Assembly: GCF_006345805.1 (NCBI RefSeq)
Contig: NC_043012.1
Span: forward strand, 42,470,001-42,534,000
Source: Octopus sinensis
Lineage: Eukaryota
Reading direction: 5' to 3'
Length of the DNA: 64,000 nucleotides
The notes under the pieces: generated by a model
Seen by the model: only the letters and a program-made list of their open reading frames with translations
Told to the model about the DNA's origin: nothing
The model's database searches: none
Made by a program: the position numbers and the translations under genes
In this document: piece by piece, positions 51,014 to 64,000 of the stretch
How positions within the stretch are numbered: the first letter of the stretch is position 1
How the letters are laid out: each line of letters starts with the position of its first letter

Positions 51014-52440
51014 CGGGAAGCTTTATGAAAATAAACAAAAGACGAAGGCAGGTGGAATACAAACAAACAATTGTATTAGTATGGCGCTCAGGAATAGAAA
51101 TAAAACAAGTCTTTTACGTTTCGAGCCTACGCTCTTCAACAGAAAGATACACAGAAAAGAAACACGGAGAGAAACAAGGAGAGAAAAAAATGCGTGCAGA
51201 AGCTAGCGAATCAACATGGCGATCTGATTCCGGCCATAAGTCAAAGATCAAACGTGAGACGCAAGAGCGAAAATAGGGGAGATAACAGGGTCAAATGACC
51301 ACGCCCCAACATAAGGGTGTGTGTGTGTGTATGAGAGAGTATGTAGTGCGTATGAGAGGTCTGGACGTGTGTATGTATGTATGATGTGATGTGTAATGTC
51401 GTATGGTGTAGTGTCGAGAGAGGAGATGAGGGGGAGAGGGGAGGAGAGGGGAGGAGATATGGGGAGGTAAGGGGGAGAGAGAGGAGAGGAGAGATGAGGG
51501 GTGGGAGAGGGGGGTGGGAGAGAGGAAGAAAGGAAGGAGGAAGATAGGAAGAGGGGGGAAGGAGGAAGATAGGAAGAGGGGGGAAGGAGGAGGGGAAGAG
51601 GAGGGGAAAAGGAAAAAGGAGAAGAGGAGGGAGAAGGGGTAAAGGTGAGAGTGATGAGGGGGAGAGGGGGAGATGAGGGGAGGGGGGAGATGATATGAGG
51701 GGGAGGGGGAGGGAGAATGAAAGAGAAGAGGAGGGGAGGGGTAGGAGGGAGAATGAAAGAGGAGAGGAGGGGAGGGGTAGGAGGGAGAATGAAAGAGGAG
51801 AAGAGGAGGGGGAGGGGGAGGAGGGAGAATGAAAGAGGAGAAGAGGAGGGGGAGGGGATGGAGGAGAGAGAGGGGGAGAGAGAAGTGGAGTGAGGGAGCA
51901 GAGAGAAAGAGGGAAGGGGAAGAGGGAAGAAGAAAGAGGGAAGAGGAGGGAAAGAGAGTAGGGGATGAAGGACTGAAGAGAAGTAGGGGTCGGCGGGGAG
52001 GTTAGATGAGGAGGGGGAGAGGGGGGTTAGATGAGGAGGAGGGAGAGTTGAGACCAAATGGCGTAAAAGAGCGAAGAGAGAAGATTAATTCCTGTTCACG
52101 GCGCAAACGGGAATCCGGATGGCCTCTCTGCAAGGACAAACCGAACACAGGTGTTGCAAGGAGTGACCGGTGGAGCGGAAATGGCGTGAGACCGGTGTGT
52201 CGTTGGCAAGGCGGATGTCACGGAGGTGTTCCGCGAACCGGTCAGCCAAGCGGCGTCCCGTTTGTCCGATGTACAGGGAATGGCAGAGAGAGCAAGAGAT
52301 GCAATAGATGATATTGCTGGAGGTGCAGGTGAAGGGGTTGATGATGCGATAGGGTCGATGATGGGTGCCAGTGAGGAGGGTGGTGTTGGAGAGGTAAGGG
52401 CAAGTGCGGCAACGTGTAGTCCGGCATGGTGGAATAGTGA
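51012..52440 (-). mobile_element. Penelope-like element 3' part: GIY-YIG, CT-rich tract, terminal repeat
   Basis: PCRTTRCRTCP...FTCTSSNIIYCISCSLCHSLYIGQTGRRLADRFAEHLRDI...PVSRHF. Confidence 0.88.
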
Positions 52441-53008
52441 AAAAAAAGGAGAGGAAAAAAGGAGAAAAAAAAAAGGGGAGAAAAAAAGGGGAAAGAAACA
52501 AACGTTCGAAAAAAACAACAAAAAAAACAATCGTATATATAAGGATAAGGGAAATTTTAGAAGGAACACATTCAGGCAGTTCAATAGGAATTGCTAGTGC
52601 TCCGCCATTTGGAAATGGATCGGATAGATGTAAATTGTGTATTGGAGAATGGTATCTAATTCTGAAATTATTTAATGCTGAACAAATTTTCAGATGTGAT
52701 TCCTTCATCTACTCATAAGTTCTATTCAACATTTCTAAGGACACATAGCACTAGACCTATTCTATGTTTCTATGTAAATCTATTAAAACTTATCTTATTA
52801 ACACTTGACTGTCTTTACCGTGAATTTTAGATCCTTCCATTCTAGCCAGCACATTATCACTTACATATGAATAATAATAATATGCCTATAAGTTCTATTC
52901 ACCATTTCCAAGAACACATAGAATTAGATTCGTTTACTAAATCTATTAAAACTTCTCTCATTACTATTTGAAATATGAAATTTAGATCTTTCTAGTCTTG
53001 CTTTGTAG

Positions 53009-53084
53009 GCTGTAGTCGAGCTAAAGAAAGATGACGAATTAAAATTTTGGTTAAACGTGCACAAGATCTGGCTTCAAGGTTTTG
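53009..53084 (+). CDS. Candidate exon of unknown gene
   Basis: CTTGCTTTGTAG acceptor and G|GTAAGA donor. Only one frame is open (AVVELKKDDELKFWLNVHKIWLQGF). Confidence 0.35.
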
Positions 53085-53217
53085 GTAAGAAATTATACCT
53101 ACTGCTATCTTCAGCACCGTTATTCCGTAGCATAAATTTACAAGTATTTACACAGCTGTAGGTATAACTTTTTAGATTTTTATTTTCTCGCTGGACTCCT
53201 CATAAAATCGTTGATGA

Positions 53218-53303
<86 letters not shown>

Positions 53304-53775
53304 TATTATTTATTTATTTATTTGTTTATTTACAATGTTATTGAAAGAATGTGGCTTATACTCACGTCATCGGTACTCGACCATGGAAATTGCTATGATT
53401 GATGTCTATAGAAGAAACATGGGAAAGAAAGGAAGGCTTTCAGTTGCGTGAAACGCTGCCAAAGGCTCTCTTAAACGTTATGTGACAGTATTAATTCGGG
53501 TGCTGTGAGGCGACGAGCTGGCAGAATCGTTAAGCACGACCGACAAAATGCTTAGCGACATCTCGTCTGTCTATACACTTTGAATTCACATTCCACCGAG
53601 GGTGATTTAGCTTACACATTCGATGAAATAATCGACATGCTCCACCCCGACCCCACATAAAATATCACGCTTTATTCTTGTAGTAGAAAAGACCAATAAA
53701 GTCTTGTTCGCAGTTTTCATTTTTATACAGAGAAAATATTCAATCCTTTTGCTGCTAATTGTTTTCCATGTTTAG

Positions 53776-53839
53776 AACGACAACAACATTTTGCTATTGC
53801 ACTTCTATCAGAAATCTAAAAATGTTTGAAGCGCCAACT
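53776..53839 (+). other. Candidate exon with in-frame stop
   Basis: TTTAG acceptor and GTAAGT donor. Phase-compatible with 53009-53084 (ERQQHFAIALLSEI-TAA-KCLKRQ). Confidence 0.25.
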
Positions 53840-54111
53840 GTAAGTCACTGAAAATGCTAACCTATTACCAGATATCAACCCGTTCCCAAACTCAATACAT
53901 CCCACTCCTTCTCCACTGAGTGTCGTTAAGGTAAAAAGAAGGATCAAGTTTTTAATGCTGTAATTTGCAATTATTTATATTTGACATGAATACCCGAGGC
54001 AGCCGTTTTGTTTTCGTTTTTGTACTCTTTTTGATAGGTTGTTGGCAGTGGGAAATGCCGCTGAAGGGTCTCATAAATATTATGTAACGCTATTAATTAG
54101 GGTGCTGATTC

Positions 54112-54159
<48 letters not shown>

Positions 54160-54273
54160 TAGGTAGATAGATATATAGGTAGATAGATAAGTATATAGAT
54201 AGACAGACAGACAAACATACGTACATACATACATACATACATACATACATACATACATACATACATACATACA

Positions 54274-54304
<31 letters not shown>

Positions 54305-54999
54305 GGTATGTCTGTCCTTTTCAATTGTATTTGGGTTGGAATTTAGGACACAAACAAGAAAACAAATAATGAAGCCGTCACATGTCAAACGATACTGTTT
54401 TGTAAATGAGGAGAACGCTAAAGCTGTTGTTAAGTTTTGAATTGTACCTAAGTCACGTGTGTGAGTCACATGGCAAATTTAGAGTTCACATACGTACATG
54501 CTCCTCGCCCCACACACATTTCTGGTTTTTGTTTTTCAAATTAAACCATCACATACACCACCACCATCATTTCCTACTTATGGTGATGGTTGTATGATAG
54601 TTAACATTGTTTATTCAGCTAAAGGATGCAATTATGTCTTCGATTTCGTTCGAGTAACACTCGAACGTCGTAGCATATTATACTGTAGATGATTTTTAAC
54701 AGAACATCGTTAATGTGGTAGACGGAACAGTAGAGTATATTGAAGGGTGGGAAATAATATCAGCCTCTACGCGATTTGAACTGAGAGCGAAGAGGAAGTG
54801 ATGTCGTTAAGGCAGTATTGACACCTATTCTCTATCAATTTTGGCTTTCAGCCAATAAGATGTGATTTGAAAGAAATCGACTGTGGTTTCTAACAGGTTG
54901 AGTGAACGCGTTGAGGCCTCTAAGGTAATTCGGGTGATCATATTGTTAGTAACAATGGAGAATGAAGTTGCTAAATAGTGTTGTTCTGGAATTTTAGGA

Positions 55000-55700
55000 T
55001 AGGAGTAGGGTCATCTTTTGGCATGGACACACTGGGCAGTTGGCTGGATGCTCCCCGAGTCAAGGGGCCCAGTGTTACTCTATGTATGCCGTGGTATACA
55101 GGAGCCCCAATCCATTGCTTTATATGAGTACTTCTATGGAATCAATACAATGATACAATTGACTATATCACCTCATTTTGACAAATCTTTGCCAAGTCCA
55201 AGCATATTCACAGACATGAATAAATCAGCAAGTGTATCCAATTGATAATATGCCGACATATTGGCACATCTTAAACATATATTAAAACGCTACCTACTAT
55301 AAAATATTAAGCTGACCTTCGAGCCATATCTCTACCAGAAGATAATGCTATCATTTGAAAACTATCTCCTTGATTAATGAAACATTCACAAAAGAAATTA
55401 CATAACTAGAAACCTATCCATGGAAACTAGGTGTTATATAAACCAGGGGTTATTATTATAAACGTTGTTGGAAAGGCAGTACTTTAGGGCGGAAATGATG
55501 ATCTTGCAGAAATTAGCATCTTGCCTTCAAATTTAATCTTTGGAACCATTTGTAGCGAGTTCTAACTTTCTATCCTCACGCTAAAAGTCAACGTGATCTA
55601 TGAAAACAAAATGGATGTCAAATCGTTCAACTTCTGCCTGCGAGGTAAGTTGATCCAACCTCTGGGATAAGCTGTACCATACAAGGGTAAGTTGATCAGT
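55000..55700 (+). pseudogene. Heavily decayed CR1-group LINE RT fragment
   Basis: Remnants resembling GxxGKLxxW, YADD (YADI) and LQxDL (xADLRAI), with many stops. Confidence 0.4.
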
Positions 55701-55984
55701 GCCCCAAATAAAGATAACTGGGGTACATAACCATTGTTCTGTCTGAAAATATATTTAATGTTGCAACTACAACACTGAGCGAAAGGATTACTTTGTGTTC
55801 ATAGTTATAGTAGCCAATTAGAAACAAATTGAATCATTGGAATGTCCTTTGTGATAAGGGAACTCAATTCATTTCAGCTGCCATAGTTTTAAGTCATAAT
55901 TAAATTTTAAAAAGTGTCTCAAAGGCACCTGGAAATGCCATCAGTAAGATTGTAGCAATTAAGTCAGCATATCTTGCTCATCAA

Positions 55985-57504
55985 TGCCAGCTGCATCATT
56001 TGGATATGGAAACAGAAAATGTCAGAAATCAAGTCAACTAAGCCACTTTCATGTCATCGTTGAACACAAGCTGGCCAGAACAACAGGCAGGACTGCCAAT
56101 GCTCCTAGGCCGTGGCAACTTATTATGCACGACGTATGTTCATTTTTTGGATTTGGAACTGAAATTCCTCTTCATTGTTTACATCAACCGAATAATGTAA
56201 TGCACAAATCGATTTTCCAACACATTTGACAACCACAAAGTCACTTTCAATGATATCCATGTCACTGTCCCCATCTGATTCGTCATCGTACTCAACTTTT
56301 GAATCATCATCTACCTCGCTGAAACTAAGGGTTTTGGAGTTTGGGGGACTTGCATTTTCCCCTTTAGCTTTGAAGAAATATCACTTTGGCTTCTTGGCAG
56401 ATGCCTTCCGTTTGCGATTTTCAGATAGGGCTGCAAGCTCCGGGATTTCTAGTGTGTCGGTCAGAATTTTCATGCTGCCTTTTTACGACTGGCTTTCGTT
56501 TTCTTTCTTGCTGTAATTTTCAAAACTAAGCGAACGAGGCACGACATCCTGTTGATTGGGTCGAATAGGAGGTAGGTGATAGAACACCATCTTAAAGAGC
56601 CCGTACACTGATCGATCGAGAACTGAAGACGATGTGAAATGTCGAGTGGTATTGACAGTCGGACAACGTTATCATATCTTACAGTGTCCACAACATTGAG
56701 AGAAATGTGGGTGTCATGGTTGTGGAGTATCAGGAGAATCTTCTCTGGTGAACATCTGGTGTAATTTGGGTATTCCACGGATGTCTCCTCCTTATTCATC
56801 CAGCTACTGCTCGCTGCCCTACCTATGGTCTACCCCCACTGAAGTGTTCTTTATAGCGGACTCTCGGAAAAATGAATAAAGGAGGCACGACTGGCCTAAT
56901 TGCACTCACAGTGTACACGACAGTTATCAGTTCTCCAAGTTCAGCAGAAGTGATTGCACGAACTTGTTTCATTCTCTTCTCGATCACAATAGTTGCAGGG
57001 TTTTGAACTGTTGTGCATCCAGTTTCGTCAGCGTTGTAAATGTAATTGAATGAAAACTTGTATTTGTCCGCTAGTTGGGCAAGATTGTCGAAGAACTTAT
57101 CAACCATTGGTCGGTTGAAAGCAGTAGCACATCCAAAGGATGTAGCTTCTGGACCTCTTATTGCCAGATTCTATCGCTTCTTGAAGCCTTACCACCAATC
57201 TTGGACTGCCTTCTTCCCAGCTAGCTGGCATATCAAGACTGTTTCGTTCTGCAAGCTTGTATGTTAGTGAACAACGCCAATTCACCAACAAACCATGAAA
57301 CATATCTACCAACTGTTTCACGCAATCGCCTAAATCATTCTCCATCTCAGTAGGAAACACCAGTTGCCGCAAGGCCACAGGCGTATAAGTAGTCCCTTGT
57401 TGTCTATCTCCCTTTTCAATGTATTGCTTAAGCGTCATTCGATCGATGGTATAGTGCTTAGCTGCACTCCTTGATCCAGTTAGCCAATGATCAAACACGT
57501 TCAT
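55985..57504 (-). pseudogene. pogo-like (Tc1/mariner, DDE_1) transposase pseudogene
   Basis: HTH-like SRSAAKHYTIDRMTL, IYNADETG, RGELITV-like, PPLFIFPRV, GWM, LLILHNHDTH, HRLQ and an acidic/basic tail. Multiple frameshifts; TIRs not resolved. Confidence 0.82.
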
Positions 57505-58532
57505 TTTGTATAGCTAACATAACTAGATTTGAAATTTACCAATATGCCAGTCCTTCCTTTAAAGCAAGTGATTTGATCTGAAACTTATGTGACTGTTACT
57601 TCTTGCAAGCTAGTTGATCTAATTGAAATTTAATTTCTTCCTCGCACCACTACCGCCGCCGCCGCCACCACCACTAAATAAAGATTTTTCTGAAATAGAG
57701 ATTTTTTTCAGCTACTTAGTTCTATGCGAAAATGTCACACTATATCCATATAAACGTATAAACATTCGTATACGTGTATTTATGCATATATGTGCATAAC
57801 CTATTAGCTTCTTATCCCTTATAAATTGTTATTTTCCCTGTTCGTAAATAGATACTTTTCAGTTACTAAAGTCTATGCGAGATGGTTATACTATAGCCAT
57901 ATAAACGTTTAAATATTTGTGTATGTGAATGTGTGCATGCGTGTGTATCTGTACACATCTTTATTCTTTCTTATTCCTGGCTTATAATTAATATATAAAT
58001 AGCATATTTATCTCTCCAGTATTCCAGAAGTAAATGTCCTGAGCAGTCCTTATAGAAACCACATAATAAGCAATTAATTAAGTACATGAGTGAATATTAA
58101 CCTGATTCTATGCCATCGTTCCTTTTCAATTTTGACAATTAATATATGCATTCTGCCTATTTTGGTAATATCATTTTTAATAATCTTAAATTTTATGTTT
58201 ATACAAGATAGCAATATTGTTTATAAGCAATCATCCATAGTACCCCAAGATAAAATTTCTTCTGCATTAACATCCTAGGTTCTATTAGCGTCTTAGCCCT
58301 TTAACTGGTATTTAACATCATGATTTGGAGTCTTCTCCTACCCAGCCTCCTTTTATAGATAGTTACGCTACATACAATTTACTACCGATATATTCTTCCC
58401 TCCCTGAGAAAAAGGGAAAGATATCACAATATTCATGACCATACCTAACCATGAGCTCTCAACTCACTCTTGCCCTTCATTCTAAACAAACAGACATGTG
58501 TATGTATATATATATTGTGTATTGTATGTATG

Positions 58533-58585
<53 letters not shown>

Positions 58586-58920
58586 GTGTGTATATATATA
58601 TATATGCATACATATATATATATGTGTGTGTATATATATATACATATATATATACATATACATATATGTACATATATACATATATATACATATACATATA
58701 TATACATATATACATATATATACATATACATAAATATATATACATATACATATACATATATACATATATATATATATATACATATACATATATGTATATA
58801 CATATACATATATACATATACATTTACATATATATATACATATACACATATATATATATGCATATACATATATATATATATACATATACATATATATACA
58901 TATATATATATATAATATAC

Positions 58921-58973
<53 letters not shown>

Positions 58974-58989
58974 TATATATATATACATA

Positions 58990-59573
58990 TATAAATACAT
59001 ATACTTTATTTACTTAAAGTTAGATTATATTTAGTAGTTTATTTTATTACTAAATATTTAATGGTTTTATTGAATATAGATTTAGGAAGGTTTTAATTTT
59101 GAATGTATAGGACAATTTTCTTTTATTTATGTAATATTTTTTATAATGATAATTTATTCAATTATAGAACAATGTATTTGATCTATCGCCAAATTAATTT
59201 ACCTGTTTAATTAGGTTAATTTAATATTGATTAGTATTTATTTTGAGTATTAATAATATGATATATAATATAAATATATATTTATCTTATGCTAGAGTTA
59301 AGTTTATATTTTGTTATATTTTTGTTATGAATTTGTTAAATTAATCTATATGCATGTATTTCTTTATATTTGAAGTAGATTTATTTAGATGTTTATTTAA
59401 TCAATTTTATTTAATATAGACGTATAGATTAGTAAGATAGAATAAATGGATAAAATGAAATGTTTACCTGTATGTTTGTAAGGAAGTATGAAAATAGGTA
59501 TTTATATACGTATGTATTCATATATGTGTATATGTGTGTATGTATGTGTATATATATGTATATGTATATGTAC

Positions 59574-59623
<50 letters not shown>

Positions 59624-59628
59624 GTACG

Positions 59629-59661
<33 letters not shown>

Positions 59662-61790
59662 GTATATATATGTGTGTGTATGTATTGTGTATTGTATGTA
59701 TGTGTGTATATATATATATATAATATATATATATATATATTTATATGTATACACATGAACAGTAATACCTCACCTTATGAGAAGCGCTTTACGAGACACT
59801 GGGTTCTGTTCACGAGTTTTAGCTTAAAAATAAAAGCATACTCTGGAAACAATTTACTCGTACGTCGAGGCGTTACTATAATTTTTTATATATATTTATC
59901 AATCTTATAAGATTTTTAGAGTTTACATAGTAATTAGTAGTTATTGATTATTTAATTTATTTAGTATTAAGCATATTTATCATAGTTATTTTAATAATAA
60001 ATCTTATAGTATAGAGTGGTTCTATTCTTTAATTGTGACTTCATTCTATTTACATTTATTGATAAACCTTAACTTTTTCCATTGACAATTTTAATTCATA
60101 ATTTTCATTGATAAAGCGTATATGTAGTTCTTCACTGTTAAAGAATTCTTTAACAATTTATTCTATTTTTGTTAATAACGTAATTCCACGTGTATTCTTA
60201 TAAATGCTGAAAAGACGTATTCCGATTCAAAATTTTAGTTCATCACAAAACCTTGCAAAGCTAAGTATATATTTATATTTAAGATTTTGAATTTTAAAAT
60301 TGAAATATTTTAATAAGTCTTATTGTATAGTTTTGTATTTTATATAAATACTGATTGTTATGTAATGATTTAGTTATCGTAGTTATTTATATAATTATTA
60401 GATTTTAACTCTACGTTTATTTGTAAGTTTTTACTTAGCCAAAGAGATATATCGATCGTTAATAGTAATACGAGTTTTTTTTAAAGTTAGGTTTCATGTA
60501 TTTACATTTATTGATAACTTAAATTTTAGTCTTTATTAACTATATTTGTTGATAGTTATTTAGTTATTATTTTAAATATTTTATAATTGTTAGATGTGTA
60601 CTTAAATGTAATATATGAATAATATTTTTTAGTTAATTAATTTGGTAATTAAATTTTTGGGCTATAACTGAGTTTAAAATATTTGTGAGTTTATGTTTTT
60701 TAAGCTATTTTGTATATTCATAAATATCTCTAATAGTTGATTTCGTCTATTATAACTTATATATTGCTATTTTCAACTGATAATTTGTTGTAGTATCTTC
60801 ATTGATAAATATATTCGTAGTATTTATTGGATACTATATAACTACGGATTGATCATTTCATTAAGTATTAAGTTGAAGATATGTATTTCATTATTTCATT
60901 TTAGTTCTTAACTATACGGTTTTTGTAAGTCATTAATTAGCCAACGAGATATATGGATCATTAATTAGTTATAGCGTTCTTTTAAGATAGTTTGTTTGTT
61001 TGTTTACAATTTGCTTTTTCTTCTTTAATCTTTTAATTTTTAATATATTTCATAAGTAATAATGAATAATTTATTTATTAGGTTTTTATTATACGTGATA
61101 GAGATAATTTTAGATCTTAATTCTTATATTTATATACATTTATATATATCCATTGATAATTTAGTTATTATTCAAATATTATATAATTATTTGATTTGAA
61201 TATTATTCAAATATTATATAATTATTTGATTTGAATAGTAATTATTTTTTTTTTTTGTTAAAGATTTAGGTAAATTATATATTGACTATAACTGTGGTTA
61301 GAGTATTTGTGGGTTTATCATGTATTTCTAAAAGCCATATTATATCTGAATAGATAAATACATTTTCTATCTATTCTTACCTTAAAAATTAATATTTAAC
61401 ATTATAATAGATTGAATGACATAATCATAATCGTTAAAGTTTCTAGTTTGATAATAGAGTTTTTTATAAGAAAAATTATTTTATTTATTTCTTTAAAAAT
61501 ATTGTTTAAATATATTTGATTATTTATTTAACTATTATCATTAATCTGAAGATTGACTATAACCATAATTCGAATTATTAATTGAATTTAAATTATTGTT
61601 ATTCGAATTAGGTTATGGGCATGAAACGATCGTAGTGGTTTTACATTTTATCTTATATTAAACTTATTAATACTTTTTGATAGTTTATATATTTAATTAA
61701 TAAATATATAACAAATAAAATTAAATTAAAATAAAAATAAAAATAAATAAATAAATGAACAATTAAAATTAAAATTAAAATTTAAAAAAT
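58990..61790. repeat. Very AT-rich degenerate repeat region, C-depleted on the + strand
   Basis: Recurring blocks (TTAGCCAAxGAGATATATxGATC at ~60435 and ~60938; CTATAAC at 60662, ~61285 and ~61556). Interrupted by a TA/TG microsatellite at 59480-59750. Confidence 0.6.
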
Positions 61791-61809
61791 ATATGATTGA
61801 TTTTGATTT

Positions 61810-64000
61810 TGATTTTTCCAGTTTCAGCTAATGAGCTGTGGCCATGCTGGGGCACCGCCATTTGGTTTGCTACATGATTTTACCTCACGAATGCTTTTCA
61901 GCAACTGCCATTTGGTGCATGAGTTCGATGCAGCTGCCCTCATCTGCCCCTCCTGCCGTGAAGTTGGTTCATCCGGGACACCTGACAGGAAGAGATCCAG
62001 TCCTACTTTAAAGACATCCGCATCTACACCATACAGGTCCCTCAGGTTCTTCGGGAGGATATTGAAGAGCTGTGGGCCTCTGAAGCCCAGGCTATCACAG
62101 TATCTTGTCCTACATCTTGATGGCAAATTTGGAGTCCTTGGTACTACCCAGTGGCGCCCGGTTCTGGCATTTGTGTGACTCTCGATGCCAAAGTTTGGGA
62201 CAAGTCCTTCCAGGATCTTCCAGATATATATTATGGCATATCTTTCTTGCCTACGCTCCAGGGAATAGAGCTTTAATCTCTTGAGTCTTTCCCAGTAGCT
62301 TATATGCTACACAGAGGCTATCTTCGTGTAGCTTCGTTGGATCGCCTCAAGTTCTGTGATCAACTTGACACTGGATGGTGACCATAGCTGAGAGCAATAG
62401 TCAAAGTGGCTTAGGACAAGTGTCTTCCAGAGGACCATCATGGTTTCTTGTTCTCTTGTTCTAAAGGTTCTAAGAATCCATCCGGCCAGCCGTCTACATT
62501 TCATTGCCAGTTTAGCAACATGTACATGAAAGGTCGCGTCATCACTCATGTGAATATCCAAGTCACGCACTGATTGTGCCTCTGGGATTGCAATTCCTCC
62601 GGGTCCAGTGTATTCATTGGGTATTGCATTCAGTTTTGCATGCTGATAGCATAAAGCTTGAAACTTTTCAGCATTGAACTGCATGCTATTCTTTTCGGCC
62701 CACTTGTATATTTTGTCCAGCTCACATTGCAGGTGCTTAGTGTCTTCAGGGTTCTGTATTGCCTGTGAAACTTTTGTATCATCTGCATAACTTGTGATCG
62801 TGGCTCTCTGCGTGGCTGAGGGCATGTCTGAGAGGTCCATTATGAACAGTAGTGGTCCCAAAACAGTGCCCTGCGGAACACCGCTCACTATTTGCGTGTT
62901 AATGGCTGCTACCACCTGACTTCTATTCTTCAGAAAGTCATGAAGCCATTCTCCAAATTTTCCAACTATGCCAAGATCACGCAGTTTGTGACATATCATT
63001 CCATGATCGACTTTATCAAAGGCCTTTGCAAAGTCGAGATATATGACTTCCACATTTGAGTGGTTGAGCAGTCGTTTCAGCACCCAGTCATAGTGTTGTA
63101 GGAGCTGAGTTAAGCAGCTTCTTGCTGGTCGGAAACCATGTTGGGTGTCAGGCAGCAAGTCATTTTCTTCAAGGAAGGTGATTAGTTTCCTTCTGACTAT
63201 TCGTTCCATGACCTTGCTGATGTGTGAGGTGAGAGAGATAGGTCTGTACTTCTTGGCCTCCGCTCTGCTACCTCCTTTATGAATAGGGCATATTTTACCT
63301 TCCTTCAGTTTTCTTGGAAGTTTGCCAGTTGCAAGGAAGCTCTGAAAGAGAGACCGCAGTGGTCTTGCTAGGACTCTCTTACATACTTTTAGAAGGATTG
63401 CTGGGAATCCATCGGGGCCAGTAGCTGAGTTTGTTTTCATCTCATCTATAGCCTTTATTACATCGTCTTCCTTTATATTGATGTAATCAATCATCGCCGC
63501 CTCTGACCCCATATCTGCAGTGGTGAAGAAGTCAGTTGGATTGCTGATTTGGAAATGCCCAAGGGGTGGGGTGAAAACACTCTTGAATTGCTCATTTAGT
63601 ATTTCACTTACCCTCATTGGATTTCTTGTGAGTGTGCCATCCCTTTCAAGGAGTGGCCCTATCCTACAGTGCACCGTAGCTGTTTCTTTGGCATACCTGT
63701 AGAAAGCTCTGGGGTTAGATTTTATGTTGTCTATAGCCCAGGCTTCTTTGTCTGCTCTTTCCTTTTCATGGGAGAGTTGCAGACAGTTTTCAATTTCCAA
63801 CAGTTTCATTTTCAGGCGGGACTTTTCAGTGCTTTCCATTTGTTTGTTTAGGCGATTTGAGATTTTTGTGCGCCGTCTCATTAGAATTTTCCTCTCTCTG
63901 GGGATTTTGTTCTTGTGTACAGTGGCCTTTCTCTCTGGGACACATTTGTAGCATATGGCTTACATTACAGACATGAATTGTTGAAGTTTCATGTCCATAT
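61810..64000 (-). mobile_element. CR1-group LINE, ORF2 with RT and 3' end, continuing beyond the window
   Basis: YRPISLTS, QHGFR, YLDFAKAFDKV, GVPQGTVLGPLLF, YADD. An in-frame TAG at 62307-62309 is followed by the same frame to 61824; another stop lies near 63960. Confidence 0.93.

Noticed and set aside
58990-61790. Possible mitochondrial insertion (NUMT) given the AT content
   Set aside because: No recognisable mitochondrial protein, rRNA or tRNA sequence on either strand.

Overview
Repeat-dense animal genomic DNA with a 99-N gap and no prokaryotic features. The SINE families and microsatellite load suggest an octopod cephalopod (inference). Two host genes are supported. One is a + strand WD40-repeat gene with five phase-compatible exons (13384-34874; 5' part not found; possible extension to about 53.8 kb). 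The other is a - strand gene with an intronless 1296-codon CDS (44700-48590) encoding a secreted protein with two CE4 chitin-deacetylase-like domains, the first motif-intact and the second degenerate, joined by a 14-aa glycosylation-sequon repeat. The rest is transposable elements: a near-intact Tx1/L1-clade LINE with an 8-bp TSD, an ORF1-only Tx1-type element with a 9-bp TSD inside a Gypsy LTR, Helitron-like elements (one carrying a LINE ORF1 fragment with tandem 3' ends), CR1-group, RTE and RLE LINE fragments, five Penelope-like GIY-YIG fragments, hAT and pogo pseudogenes, tRNA-derived SINEs and foldback MITEs. Several type I hammerhead ribozyme motifs are present, including one in a non-coding 491-nt unit with terminal direct repeats (retrozyme-like). 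All calls are by eye without database searches, and element boundaries not defined by a TSD are approximate.
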